The translations under genes and the position numbers were made by a program. Positions 50,466 through 62,158 of a stretch of DNA of 64,000 nt are shown in pieces (position 1 is the stretch's first letter; each line of letters opens with the position of its first letter). Under the pieces are notes generated by a model that did no database searches, had not been told where the DNA came from, and saw nothing but the letters and a program-made list of their open reading frames with translations. The DNA lies in the NCBI GenBank assembly GCA_030390025.1, contig CM059432.1, forward strand, positions 145,142,001 through 145,206,000. Direction: 5' to 3'. This DNA comes from Squalus acanthias (lineage: Eukaryota).

Positions 50466-51009
50466 ATGTCGCCTTACTTAGCCCTGGCGCTCGCTCTGCT
50501 GTCTTGTAAGTTTGCCACGAGGCAATTATACAGTGTAAAAAAAAACCCCTCTGATATAGCATCACAGAATCATATAGCACAGAAGGACCCATCGTACCTG
50601 TGCTGGCTCTCTGAAAGAGCTACAATATCGTGTGTTGTTGTAGAGACTCTGTTACCCGCATGGGTCTCCTAATCTCTCACTCTTTCTCTCCCCAGCGGCG
50701 TGTGTCGCTCTCGTGTCCTTGAAGCAGGAGGTCTTATCCATCACCAGAACCGCTGGGAAAACGGCACGATTCGTGTGCGAGACCGAAGGGTTAGGCGATA
50801 TAGCGACGCGCCCCATATACTGGTACCAACAGAAAGAGACAGCCATCCGCGGGATCCTCCAGCACCTGTCCCAGGATGACACCTGGCTGCACCCGGACTT
50901 CGCCTCACGATTCCATGCCGAAAACATGGAAAGTTCTGCCATCTGTACTCTTATAATCGATCAGATTGTGCCGAGCGACACAGCCACGTATTACTGCGCC
51001 GCGAGGTCC
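50466..51009 (+). CDS. TRGV: TCR gamma V segment 7, divergent (leader 50466-50505, intron 50506-50695, V exon 50696-51009)
   Basis: Leader MSPYLALALALLS; V domain RFVC...PIYWYQQ...DTATYYCAARS; open frame. Confidence 0.87.
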
Positions 51010-51048
51010 CACGGTGGTGTTGTTGGATCGACTCTTCGTACAAAAACC
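51010..51048 (+). other. 23-RSS of V7
   Basis: CACGGTG + 23 nt + ACAAAAACC. Confidence 0.94.
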
Positions 51049-51899
51049 TCCTGCTGTGTAAAGCTGTAGAAAGAAGTTTCTGGAGTTTATCGATCCATCA
51101 GCCCCCAAAAACCACAGCAGCGAGATAGTGGCGAGCTCTCGAATCTACACTGAGAGTATTTCCCCTCTCGATTTCCAGCCCATGGGGCCACACACTGCTC
51201 CTTCCTTCCAGGTGTTGGGACAACCCCCCCCCCCCAACCTTTGCTCATCATCCATTGCCCATGAAGCACTCGCACTCGCACTCACCACCTCCCACAGCAA
51301 ACGGGCCCCTTGTGCATTGAGACGGGTCATTGACCTCCCGAGCAAAGCGGTTTTCACCAGCTCCACGGCAACCACCTCGACCTCGACCTCTTCAGGTGAA
51401 GCCGGTTGTAGCTGTGGACAGGCGCCAGTTCCAGCCTCCAGGGTGGGGGGCTGATCGAACTGCTCAAGCTTCCATCCAGTTGAAGCGGTCGAACACGACT
51501 GAACCCGACACCTTTCTACTCTGCCCAGCTCAGCATCATCCCGGTTTTACAGTCACTCACTGAACCGCCAGGATATGATTTTAATACGTTTTTTAAAAAA
51601 GTACCGTGAGATGCGCAGAACAGTTTTGGAAACATGCGTGAACTCATCATGCTTAGCATCAGAAGTGAGGGTGGCGGGAAGTTGAAGGAAACGTTTTGTG
51701 ATGGGGAAGAAGACTTTGGAGTTGTTCTTACTTTTCAGAATGAGTTTGGATTAGTTGGAGGACTTGGCTATAGAGAGAGTGGAAGTACTGCTTGAGGTGG
51801 TCACCCAGATCTGACAGGTTTTTTTTTAGCCAGGCGAGTTGGATACCATCCATCCTCTAGTCTACAGCCCATGGACGTGAGTCCACACAAAGGTAACTG

Positions 51900-53795
51900 T
51901 TGTACAATGTAGGCAAATGTGAGGTCATCCACTTTGGACCTAAAAAGGATAGAACAGGGTACTTTCTAAATGGTGAAAAGCTCAAAACAGTGGCTATCCA
52001 AAGAGACTTGGGGGTCGAGGTACATAGATCACACCTGGAGTACTGTGAGCAGTTCTGGGCACCACACCTTAGGAAGGATATATTGGCCTTGGAAGGAGTG
52101 CAGCGTAGGTTTACCAGAATGATACCCGGACTTCAAGGGTTAAGTTACGAGGAGAGATTACACAAATTAGGTTATATTCCCTAGAATTAGGGTTGTATTC
52201 CCTAGAATCCCCTGGACCTGACGACCTGCATCCTAGGGTTTTAAAAGAGGTAGCTGCAGAGACAGTGGATGCATTGGTATTAATCTTCCAGAATTTCCTA
52301 GATTCTAGAACAGTCCCCAAGGATTGGAAGGTAGCAAACATAACCCCGCTATTTAAGAAAGGAGGAAGAGAAAAAATGGGGAACGATAGGCCAGTTAGCC
52401 TGACATCAGTAGTAGGCAAAATGCTAGAATCTATTATTAGGGACGTGGTAACAGGGCACTTAGAAAATCATAATATGATTAGGCAAAGTCAACATGGTTT
52501 TATGAAAGGGAAATCGTGTTTGACAAATCTGTTAAGATTTTTTTGAAGATGTAACTAGTAGGATGGATAAGGGGGAACCAGTGGATGTAGTGTATTTGGA
52601 TTTTCAAAAAGCATTCGATAAGGTGCCACACAAGAGGTTATTACACAAAATTAGGACTCATGGTATTCGGGGTAATATATTAGCATAGACTGAGGATTGG
52701 TTAATGGACAGAAAACAGAGAGTAGGAATAAATGGGACTTTTTCAGGTTGGCAGGCTGTAACTAGCGGGGTACCGCAAGGATCAGTGCTTGGGCCTCAGC
52801 TATTTGCAATCTATATTAATGACTTAGATGAAGGGACTGAGTGTAACATATCCAAGTTTACTGATGATACAAAGTTAGGTGGGAAAGTAAGCTGTGAGGA
52901 GGATGCAAAGAGGCTGCTGAGAGATATAGACAGGTGGTTGACTGAGTGGGCAAGAACATGGCAAATAGAATACAATGGGGAAGTGGGAAGTTATCCACTT
53001 TGGTAGGAAAACCGAAAAAGCAGAATATTTTTTGAATGGTGAGAGACTGGGAAATGTTTGCACTCAGAGGGACCTGGGTGTCCTTGTACATGAATCACTG
53101 AAAGTTAACATGCAGGTACAACAAGCAATTAGGAAAGCACATGGTATATTAGCCTTTGCTGCAAAGGGATTAGAGTATAAGAGTAAAGAAGTCTTAGTAC
53201 AATTATACAGGGCATTGGTGAGGCCACACCTGGAGTACTGAGTACAGTTCTGGTCTCCTTACCTAAGGAAAGACAGACTTGCCTTAGAGGGAGTGCAGCG
53301 AAGGTTCACTAGACTGGTTCCTGGGATGAGGGGATTGCCCTATGAGGAAAGATTGAGTAGACTAGGCTTATATTCCTTAGAGTTTAGAAGAATGAGAGGT
53401 TATTTAATTGAAACATATAAAATTATTAAGGGGCTTGACAGGGTTAATGCTGGGAAAATGTTTCCCTTGGCTGGGGAATCTAGAACACGGGGTCACTGTC
53501 ACAGAATAAGGGGTAGGCCATTTAGGACTGAGATGAGGAGAAATTTCTTCACTTAAATGGTTGTGAATCTTTGGAATTCTCTACCCCAGAGAGCTGTGGA
53601 TGCTCAGTCATTGAGTATATTCAAGACAGACATCGCTAGATTTTGGGGAAGGAAGGGAATTAAGGGATATGGGGATAGTGCGAGAAGGTGGAGTTGAGGT
53701 AGAAGATCAGCCATGATTGCGTTGAATGGCGGAGCAGGCTCGAAGGGCCAAATGGTCTACACCTGCTCCTATTTCTTATGTTCTTATGTTCTATG
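51900..53795 (+). mobile_element. CR1 copies (nested)
   Basis: RT motifs and tail. Confidence 0.88.
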
Positions 53796-53799
53796 TAAG

Positions 53800-54560
53800 A
53801 AATCATGAATTGGAAGAAATTGTGAATTGTAAAAAAAAGAATGGTTTTATAAAAGAAATGGGTTTTCCGAGCTCAGCAGCCAGGATAAGCTGATGACACA
53901 GAAGCATTCCAATCATGTCAGATAAGGAGTTGCACAAAGAGCTGAGGCCGTTTACAAGGGCATAACGCAGAAACAGGCCTTCATGTAGGCATGGCTGGGC
54001 CTGGTAAGAGGATTGAGCAAGGAGCCTTGAGATGAACAGACTGTCCAAAAGAAGGTAACCAGAGGTCCAAACAAGAGATAAGCGGAGGGATGATCTCATG
54101 GGGACAGGCGGGGTTTGCCGTAGGTACCTATTCTCCTGTAATTGGACAATTGAATGGGTAACAAACGTGAGGTATCCACCGGCCCCCCGAAATAAGGTGT
54201 ATAAACAGGCAGCCAAAAGGGAAAAATAGGCAGAGAGGGGAAGAGCTTCCCTGGGGTGGATCCATGCTAGCTTCAGCTTAACATCTCTGCCAGCCTCGGG
54301 AGACGACCAAAGAGGAAGAGACCACTGCCGCAGGCTGCAAGGGTCCGAGGCCACCGTTCTGTCTCAACCTCCGTCCATCCGTCCGTTCCGGGGCTGGTAA
54401 ACCATTCTCATCTGTTATGGGTCGGAATGTCTACTATGTCTATCCTGATTGCGTGTTGTATTTGATTATATTTGAACTGCCGCTCCTTGATAAAACGACC
54501 TATGACTCCTAAGACCCTTTTGGGTAATCTGTGTCTGACCTGTGATCCAAATCTTACTTC
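53800..54560 (+). mobile_element. LTR-like dispersed repeat (longer copy of 5661-6375)
   Basis: Inverted match to 5661-6375; TATAAA at about 54200. Confidence 0.6.
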
Positions 54561-55833
54561 TGATTGAAGTTTTCAAGATATTAAGGGGAACAGATAGGGT
54601 AGATAGAGAGAAACTATTTCCGCTGGTTGGGGATTCTAGGACTAGGGGGGCATAGTCTAAAAATTAGAGCCAGACATTTCAGGAGTGAAATTAGTAAACA
54701 CTTCTACACACAAAAGGTGGTAGAAGTTTGGAACTCTCTTCCGCAAATGGCAATTGATGCTAGATCAATTGTTAATTTTAAATCTGAGATTGATAGCTTT
54801 TTGTTAACCAAAGGTATTAAGGGATATGGGCCAAAGGCGGGTATATGGAGTTAGGTCACAGATCAGCCATGATCTCATTGAATGGCGGAACAGGCTCGAG
54901 GGGCTGAATGGCCTTCTCCTGTTCCTATGTTCCAATGTACAGCTGAAGGTGGAAGGCCAACTGGAATCTGGTAGAGATAAGGGTGTCAAAAAATGGACAA
55001 GACAATTATGGGCCACATCAACAGAGGCATGGACATTGTACGGGTGATCAACCAGAAAAGAGGGAGTTGGGTGTTAGAGAGGACACCTGTGTTAGAATTA
55101 GGGGGTCGTTTTCCAGGCAAGTTGGAGATGGCTGGCATCAGATGCACAATGTGAGAAACAGTATTGCAGCTAACAATCAATTGCACATTTTTATTCAAGA
55201 ACTACTATTGAACAATTCAAATGGTGCCTTTGAGGAATTTTGCATTCTAAGCATTGCTCTGAGTTTTCTGCATCTACTTTGTGCTTTGAAAATATCCTGA
55301 CACCTTTTAGAAAACTTGTTAAGGGCCAGTTGATATAACAGGTACTTATCTCCTTTGCAAGTGAAAACAGAGCAGCAGGAGTTATGAGCTCCAATGATGG
55401 TATTTCAGCATGACGTTGTCACTGTCACGGCAGCAGAGTATCACAAGGGTAAGGTGGAGAGTGATTGATAAATCCACAGCATAGGAAATAGTGGTCATGG
55501 GTGAATTTTGATTGTTGGAGCAGCAGGAAGTGGTGGATAAGGAGTTAGTGGGTTGGGAGCACAGAAGGTGTGGGTGGGACTTGTAACAGTGACAGCAGGC
55601 ACTTCCTCAGCAGTAGGTCAATACAATCAAGTATGCTACGTGGGGCTGACAGAGGGGCAGGACATCGGCAGGATGAGACTCAGTAGGAAGGGATGTCACT
55701 GAGATCTGCCATTTGTTAGTGGAGGATTTCAGTGAATGAAATTGGGATCAAACTCCTCTCTATCTAACCATATCCTACCACTTTCACCCCTGTGATGTTA
55801 GGGTAATGATTGATTACTCTTTGTAAGACCACA

Positions 55834-56235
55834 GTGTTAGCTGTGGCTCAGTTGGTAGCACACTCGCCTCTGAGTCAGAAGGTTGTGGGTTCAAGGGACT
55901 TGAGCACATAACAAAATCTAGGCCGACACTCCAGTATAGTACTGAGGGAGTGCTGCACTGTCGGAGGTGCCATCTTTCAGATGAGACGTTAAACCGAGGC
56001 CCCGTCTGCTCTCTCAGGTGGACATAAAAGATCCCATTGCACTATTTCGAAGAAGAGCAGGGGAGTTATCCCCAGTGTCCTGGCCAATATTTATCCCTCA
56101 ACCAACATAACAAAAAACAGATTATCTGATCATTATCACATTGCTGTTTGTGGGAACTTGCAAATTGGCTACCGCGTTTCCCACATTACAACAGTGACTC
56201 CAATTCAAAAGTACCTCATTGGCTGTAAAGCGCTT
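55834..56235 (+). mobile_element. Deu-domain SINE (further copy at about 57095-57520)
   Basis: A box TGGCTCAGTTGG, B-box-like GGTTCAAG, Deu core. Confidence 0.8.
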
Positions 56236-56759
56236 TGAGTCTTTCTTTCTATCTGCACTCACTGACAAGCCACAGTACCACTGCTAAAGGGCAGACAGTG
56301 TGTATTAAAGACCTTTCCTTCTGTATTTTTATTGCATTGATGCATCTGCACAGTGCAGACCACATGCCACTGGCCTCTCACTTTCACATTCTCCTTACTC
56401 TTGTTATGTTTTTCTTCTATTAATGATGGAATGTTTTTATACAATTGAATAAATATGGGATACCCTTATAGAAAGAAAGCAAGAACTTATATGGCACCTT
56501 TCACAACTTCAGGACAACCCAAAGCGCTTTACAGCCAATGAAGTACTTTTGAAGTGTAGTCACTGTTGTAATGTAAGTGTATATGTCTATGTCTTGGTAA
56601 CTCAAATGATCCCCTTTGTGTACACATCTCCCATGCTAATTCTGTGACTCTGTACACAAACATAAGCTATGTGGCTTGTTCTGTGACACTGTTGCATAGT
56701 CCCAATGGCCATGGGAGGGTTTGAAAGCAGTGGAGGATTTTTTAAGCAAACATACTGGG

Positions 56760-57060
56760 AATTGTGAACCAGTGGAATGCAGGACTTTGCATGAGTGCGA
56801 ATGTGGCAGCAGCATTTTGAATGAGTTGTAATTTGTGAAGGGTTGAGACAGAGACGTAGAGATGTCTAGAGTCAGACTTGAGGTGATGAAGACATGAACT
56901 AGGGTTTTGGTGACAGTGGGGAGAGCTAGGGACGGAGGCAGGCGATATTGCAGAGGTGGAAGAAAATGGTCTTGGTAAATGGAATGGATGTGGGGAGGAA
57001 GCTAAACCCGGGGTTGAGGAATATGCCAATGTTTGACCCCTTCTGACTGCCTGCGACAGT
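56760..57060 (-). mobile_element. Old L2-clade LINE fragment
   Basis: TLHKLQLIQNAAA motif. Confidence 0.55.
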
Positions 57061-58074
57061 GCCACAGAATGAGCCACATAGAGTGTGTTAATTAACCTGA
57101 GCTCAGTTGTCACACTCTCACCTGAGTCAGAAGATTGTGGGTTGAAGCCCCACTCCAGAGACTTGAGCGCTGACACTTCAGTGCAGTACTGAGGGAGTGC
57201 TAAACTGTTGGCGGTGCCGTCTTTCAGGTGACCTCTCAGGTGGACGTAAAAGATCCCATGGCACTATTTCGAAGAAGAGCAGGGGAGTTCTCCCCAGTGC
57301 CTTGGCCATTATTTATCCCTCAACCAACATCACGAGAAACAGATTATCTGGTCATTATCACATTGCTGTTTGTGGGATCTTGCTGTGTGAAAATTGACTG
57401 CTATGTTTCCTAGATTACAACAGTGACTACACTTGAAAAAGAACTTAACTGGCTGTAAAGCGCTTTGGGATGTCCTGAGGTCGTGAAAGGTTCTGTATAA
57501 AATGGAAGTCTGTTCTTTAATATGACTGGCTGGATTCCTGTCAAACACCTGAACAAGTTCGGTGTGGGGCTGAAGCTGCAATCAGACACTCTTGGTGAGG
57601 AGTGATGCTTGTAGCCAGCCCAGGTCACCAAGTTACAGCCCCACAGTCTATGATTTTCTGCACATTAAACTTAATGGGCCCATAGTTTCCCAACCCAAGC
57701 TCCTTGAGTGCACAAACACCAAGTCCAACTATCGTGACATTGAGTTACTATTTTAACTCAGAAAATTCAGGCGCTGACGAGAAATTTCCTACTGGGTTGG
57801 CTAGTGTCAGTAATACCATCAGACAAAAAGACTCGATGGAGCCCAAACTCCAACAGGAATGCGCCAAAGGGCCAGAAATGAGACTGGAGCCGGGCCTTCA
57901 CCACCAGGTTCCAGGGTACCCTGCCTGGGACACAGCTTCCACCAGCCCGAGCACAGACACCTGCATAACAGGGGGGAACATGACCGGCCACAGGGGCTCC
58001 TTGGACATCAGCAGGTCGATACCGCGAGTGAAAACAGGTGCCTCAACCTGACAACCGGCGGGTGTGGAATCCAC

Positions 58075-58290
58075 CTGGGGGTCTGGGGCTGGGTCTGGGG
58101 GGCTGGGTGTCTGGGTCGGGGGGCTGGGGCTGGGTCTGGGGGGCTGGGGATGGGTGTCTGGGGCTGGGTGTCTGGGGGTGGGGGTCTAGGGCTGGGTATC
58201 TGGGCCTGGGAGTCTGTGACTGGGCCTGGGGTCTGGGCCTTGGCCTGAGACTAGAGGTCTGGGGCTGGGGGGTTGGGGCTGGGCTGGGGG
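58075..58290 (+). repeat. G-rich TGGGG/GGGCT/GGTCT tract
   Basis: Direct inspection; many G-runs of three or more. Confidence 0.85.
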
Positions 58291-58337
58291 TCCCTGAAGG
58301 TTTTTTAAAAGGTTTAACTGTGTTAGCCCCTTTATAA

Positions 58338-58870
58338 GGCACAAGTCAGGAGTGTGATGGAATACTCTCCAATTGCCTGGATGAGTGCAGTACCAACAAC
58401 AGTCAAGAAGCTCAACACCATCCAGGACAAAGCAGCCCACTTGATTGGCACCCCATCCACCACTATTCACTCCCTCCACCACCGGCGTACCGTGGCTGCA
58501 GTATGTACCATCTACAAGATGTATTGCAGCAACTTGCCAAGGCTTCTTCGGCAGCACCTCCCAAACCCATGACCACTACCACCTAGAAGGACAAGGGCAG
58601 CAGATGCATGGGAACACCACCACCTCCAAGTTCCCCTCCAAGTCACACACCATCCTGACTTGGAAATATATCACTGTTCCTTCATCGTCGCTGGGTCAAA
58701 ATCCTGGAACTCCTTCCCTAACAGCACTGTGGGAGTACCTTCACCACACGGACTGCAGCGGTTCAAGGAGGCGGTTCACCACCACCACCTTCTCAAGGGA
58801 AATTAGGGATGGGCAATAAATGCCGGCCTTGCCAGCAACGCCCACATCCTATGAATGAATTTAAAAAAAT
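58338..58870 (+). mobile_element. LINE 3' end, clade unassigned; a SINE-like element with the same tail lies at about 59262-59688
   Basis: MEYSPIAW...IQDKAAHLIG ORF; shared tail AATAAATGCYGGCCTT..GCCCACATCC. Confidence 0.65.
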
Positions 58871-59052
58871 AAAGGGGTTCAATGGGCATAATTCTGGGAA
58901 GTTTCGTGGCGGGGGTGGTACAGCCCCCAAAACAGGCATACCTGCTGCATTTTGCAGCCCCCCCCTCTGGCAGGTGCAGGAACTGGATCCGGAATGGAAC
59001 AGGTCCCAACGCCATGATTTAAATTGGGTGACTTCCCCCTGAACCCCATATA

Positions 59053-59250
59053 CACTGGCGGGTCAGCTCCAGAGGTCACTGGTGGGTCAGCTCCAGAGGT
59101 CACTGGTGGGTCAGCTCCAGAGGTCACTGGCGGGTCAGCTCCAGAGGTCACTGGCGGGTCAGCTCCAGAGGTCACTGGTGGGTCAGCTCCAGAGGTCACT
59201 GACTGTTCAGCTCCAGAGGTCACTGGTGGGTCAGCTCCAGAGGTCACTGG
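59053..59250 (+). repeat. 24-bp minisatellite, 8 units (CACTGGYGGGTCAGCTCCAGAGGT)
   Basis: Direct inspection. Confidence 0.95.
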
Positions 59251-60470
59251 CAGACAGTACTGGGCACGGTAGCACAGTGGTTATGTTACTGGTCTAGTAA
59301 TCTAGAGGCCTGGACTCATGATCTGGGAGACATGAGTTCTAATTCCACTCATGGCAGCTGAAGAATTTAAATTCAATTAAATAACTAAATCTGGGGGGGA
59401 AAAAAGCTAGTATCAGTACTGGTGACTATGAAACTACCGGATTGTTGTAAAAACCCATCTGGTTCACTAATGCCCTTCAGGGAAGAAAATCTGCTGTCTT
59501 TACCCGGTCTGGCCGATATGTGACTCCAGATCCACAGAAATGTGGTTGATTCTTAACTGCCCTCTGAAATGGCCTAGCAAACCACTTATTCAAGAAGGCT
59601 CACCACCACCTTCTCGAGGGCAAATGGGGATGGGTAATAAATGCTGGCCTTACCGGCAACGCCCACATCCCGTGAATGCATAAAAAAATCTTGTACTGTG
59701 ATAGTTGGCCAGTCCCTGGATTTCCATACCGGGGTGTGTGGGGTTATTGCTCAGCCCTGTAACTATTGAATAATTTGAACCTAACTCATTGGGCAGGAAA
59801 TCCCCGGGATTGGGTGGACCGCCAGTTTAAAATCCACCCAATATTGCTCTCCTCTGACTTTATTGAAGACTAAAATTGGGCGGGTTTTAAAACCAGCATT
59901 ACACCTGATCCCGTAGGTCTCCTGATGGGTAAATTAAAATGAACCCCGTGTTCAGCACTGCCACCAGTTGCAGGCCGGGTTCCTGCAACTTTCTGTGAAT
60001 ACGGAGTAAACTTGAAGCCACTGAACCTCGCGGGCTCCTTTATGGAAATTAAATGGGCATCAGATCGATGGTGGTAATCCTTCGTTCATTGGAATCAGAG
60101 GGGTTTAAATGGATAGCTCTTTCAAAGAGTCAGCACAAGTGTGATGGGCCAAATGACCTCCTTCTGTGCTGTAAGATTGTATGATGCTATGATTGGAATC
60201 AGAGTCCGCCCTAGAATGAATCGCAGATAGTATCAGCTCCAGGAACCCAGATAACTGCTGCACATGAGACGCCACTTTGAGAATTTCCATCTGTGTTCTG
60301 GCGACCCTGCGGAGACCTGAATCCATGAGGTTAAAGCAGTGAATGATAAGAGGTTGAACTAAACAGTCTAGTTATTGAGAGCTGGTTTAATGCTGTGGTC
60401 TGTGAGCAGCAGGGGAGAATATGTTTTTGGCTTTGGAACCAGGCTGGTTGTGACAGGTAAATGTATTCCA

Positions 60471-60891
60471 TCCTAACCCTAACGCTAACCCTAACCCTAA
60501 CGCTAACCCTAACCCTAACCCTAACGCGAACCCTAACTCTCACCTTAACCTTAATCTTAACCCTAAAGCTAATCCTAATGCTATCCCTAACTCTCACCTT
60601 AACCCTAACATTAACTCTATCCCTCACCCGAACCCTAACCCTATCCTTCACCCTCTCCTTAACCCTAACGCTAACCCTAAACGCTAACCTTAACCCTCAC
60701 CTTAACCTTAATCTTAACCCTAAAGCTAATCCGAACGCCAACCCTAATCCTAACGCTAACCCTTACCCTATCCCTTACCCTCACCTTAACCCTTACACTA
60801 ACTCTATCCCTCACCCAAACCCTAACCTTATCGCTAACCCTCACCCTCATCCTCACCCTATCCCTCACCCGAACTCTCATCCTATCCCTAA
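60471..60891. repeat. Degenerate interstitial telomere-like (CCCTAA)n tract
   Basis: Hexamer periodicity with CCCTAA, CGCTAA, CCTTAA and CCCTCA variants. Confidence 0.9.
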
Positions 60892-61480
60892 CTGTATGGG
60901 GCGGTGGGCAAAGAGTGAAGCACCTTCTTCTTCTTCTTCTTCAAAAGTGAGAAGTCGCACAACACCAGGTTATAGTCCAACAGTTTTATTTGAAATCACA
61001 AGCTTTCGGAGCTGCTGCTCCTTCGTCTTCTTCTTCAGTCAGTCGTTCAGTGTGATATTGGAGTTGGTGTAAGTGTGAGACTGGGGAGACACAAGCCCTC
61101 AACCGTTTGATATGGAAAGTGTGAAACGGGTAACATTGCAGGGAGATCACTGGGGTGAAATCAAGGGATGCCTTCGCGTTAATAGATCGGTGTGGAATTC
61201 TTATGCTGGTTGCTTTAACTGTTATTTGAGTGAGTCTGGGTCAGATCCGGGTCACAGTGAGTTCAGGCAGACCCGGGTCTGGGTGAATCCGAGTCTGGGT
61301 GAATCAGGGCTGACTGCAACACTGAAACCAGATCAGGTGAGATGGAGAAGATCTTGGGCACTGGAGTTAAGCTCTTTCCCAGTAACTGAAGTAACCCGTG
61401 TCATGGACTAGCTGCTGTAAACCCAGCTGGTGATTAAGCAGAGGGGGTGATGGGTTATTGTCAGGCGGTGTAACACGGTG

Positions 61481-61537
61481 ATACTACTAATGCAGATGTG
61501 AAAATCTTCGGCTCTGGAACCAAACTCGTGGTCTCAG
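61481..61537 (+). CDS. TRGJ: TCR gamma J segment 1 (TTNADVKIFGSGTKLVVS)
   Basis: 12-RSS at 61453-61480 (GGTTATTGT-12-CACGGTG), FGSG motif, phase-1 donor GTGAG. Confidence 0.93.
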
Positions 61538-61635
61538 GTGAGGCTTTGGTGTGAGGAGCGATGTAGGTTACAGTGTGCTGAGTAACCGGGTTACTAGTGA
61601 TGGTAGTTAGTTAGTGTAAGGGCTGTAACGCCTTG

Positions 61636-61681
61636 CGAATTCCTGCAGAATTTGGCACTGGGACGAAACTAGCTGTCTCGG
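61636..61681 (+). pseudogene. Pseudo-J (EFGTGTKLAVS)
   Basis: FGTG motif is retained, but the RSS is degenerate (AGTTAGTGT-11-CGCCTTG) and the donor position reads GATAG instead of GT. Confidence 0.7.
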
Positions 61682-61769
61682 GATAGTTTCGGGTCACCGC
61701 CGGTCCAGTGAGCTGTTGGGGTCGGGTCGGTGCCCCGGGACGGTTAATGTAGGATGATGTAACACAGTG

Positions 61770-61826
61770 CCACCACTGGTACTTGGAGAAAAATTTTCGG
61801 CTCTGGGACTCGGCTTATTGTTTCGG
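61770..61826 (+). CDS. TRGJ: TCR gamma J segment (TTGTWRKIFGSGTRLIVS)
   Basis: 12-RSS at 61742-61769 (GGTTAATGT-12-CACAGTG), FGSG, donor GTAAGT. Confidence 0.93.
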
Positions 61827-61975
61827 GTAAGTTTTGGTGTGAGCGCGGCGCTGTGTTTCACTCGCGGGCTCCGAGAGATCTATTTAAATAAAGTTCACCG
61901 GGTGGGTGTCTGGGGCATTCTGTCCAATATTCACGGTGAGTTCGGGGGGTTACTGTAGGAGGTTGTAACACCGCG

Positions 61976-62035
61976 TCTGCCAGGTGTATACACAAAGAAA
62001 ACCCACGGTACTGTGTCCAAATCTCCTTGTTCACG
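61976..62035 (+). pseudogene. Atypical J-like segment lacking FGxG (CQVYTQRKPTVLCPNLLVH)
   Basis: 12-RSS at 61948-61975 (GGTTACTGT-12-CACCGCG), 60 nt, donor GTAAGT; no FGxG in the spliced frame. Confidence 0.65.
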
Positions 62036-62111
62036 GTAAGTGTTTCTATCAGTAGAGCAGACTCAGGACACGGATTATGGCGCGGTTTTTGTACGGTGCT
62101 GTGTCACAGTG

Positions 62112-62158
62112 GTCTGGTGTAAAGTTGTTCGGGACCGGGACTAAACTGATAGTTACAG
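62112..62158 (+). CDS. TRGJ: TCR gamma J segment (SGVKLFGTGTKLIVT)
   Basis: 12-RSS at 62084-62111 (GGTTTTTGT-12-CACAGTG), FGTG, donor GTGAGT. Confidence 0.95.

Noticed and set aside
55834-55900. tRNA gene (also 8630-8700)
   Set aside because: tRNA-derived SINE heads continuous with SINE bodies
58879-59297. GGSAPEVT-repeat ORFs
   Set aside because: Translation of the 24-bp minisatellite; no evidence of a gene structure
60331-61072. LTLTLT, VRVRVR and PNPN ORFs
   Set aside because: Translation of the telomere-like hexamer repeat
61221-61259. CACAGTG with GTTATTTGA 23 nt upstream, as a possible D or J RSS
   Set aside because: Weak nonamer, wrong spacer class for joining to 23-RSS V segments, and no J motif or second RSS follows
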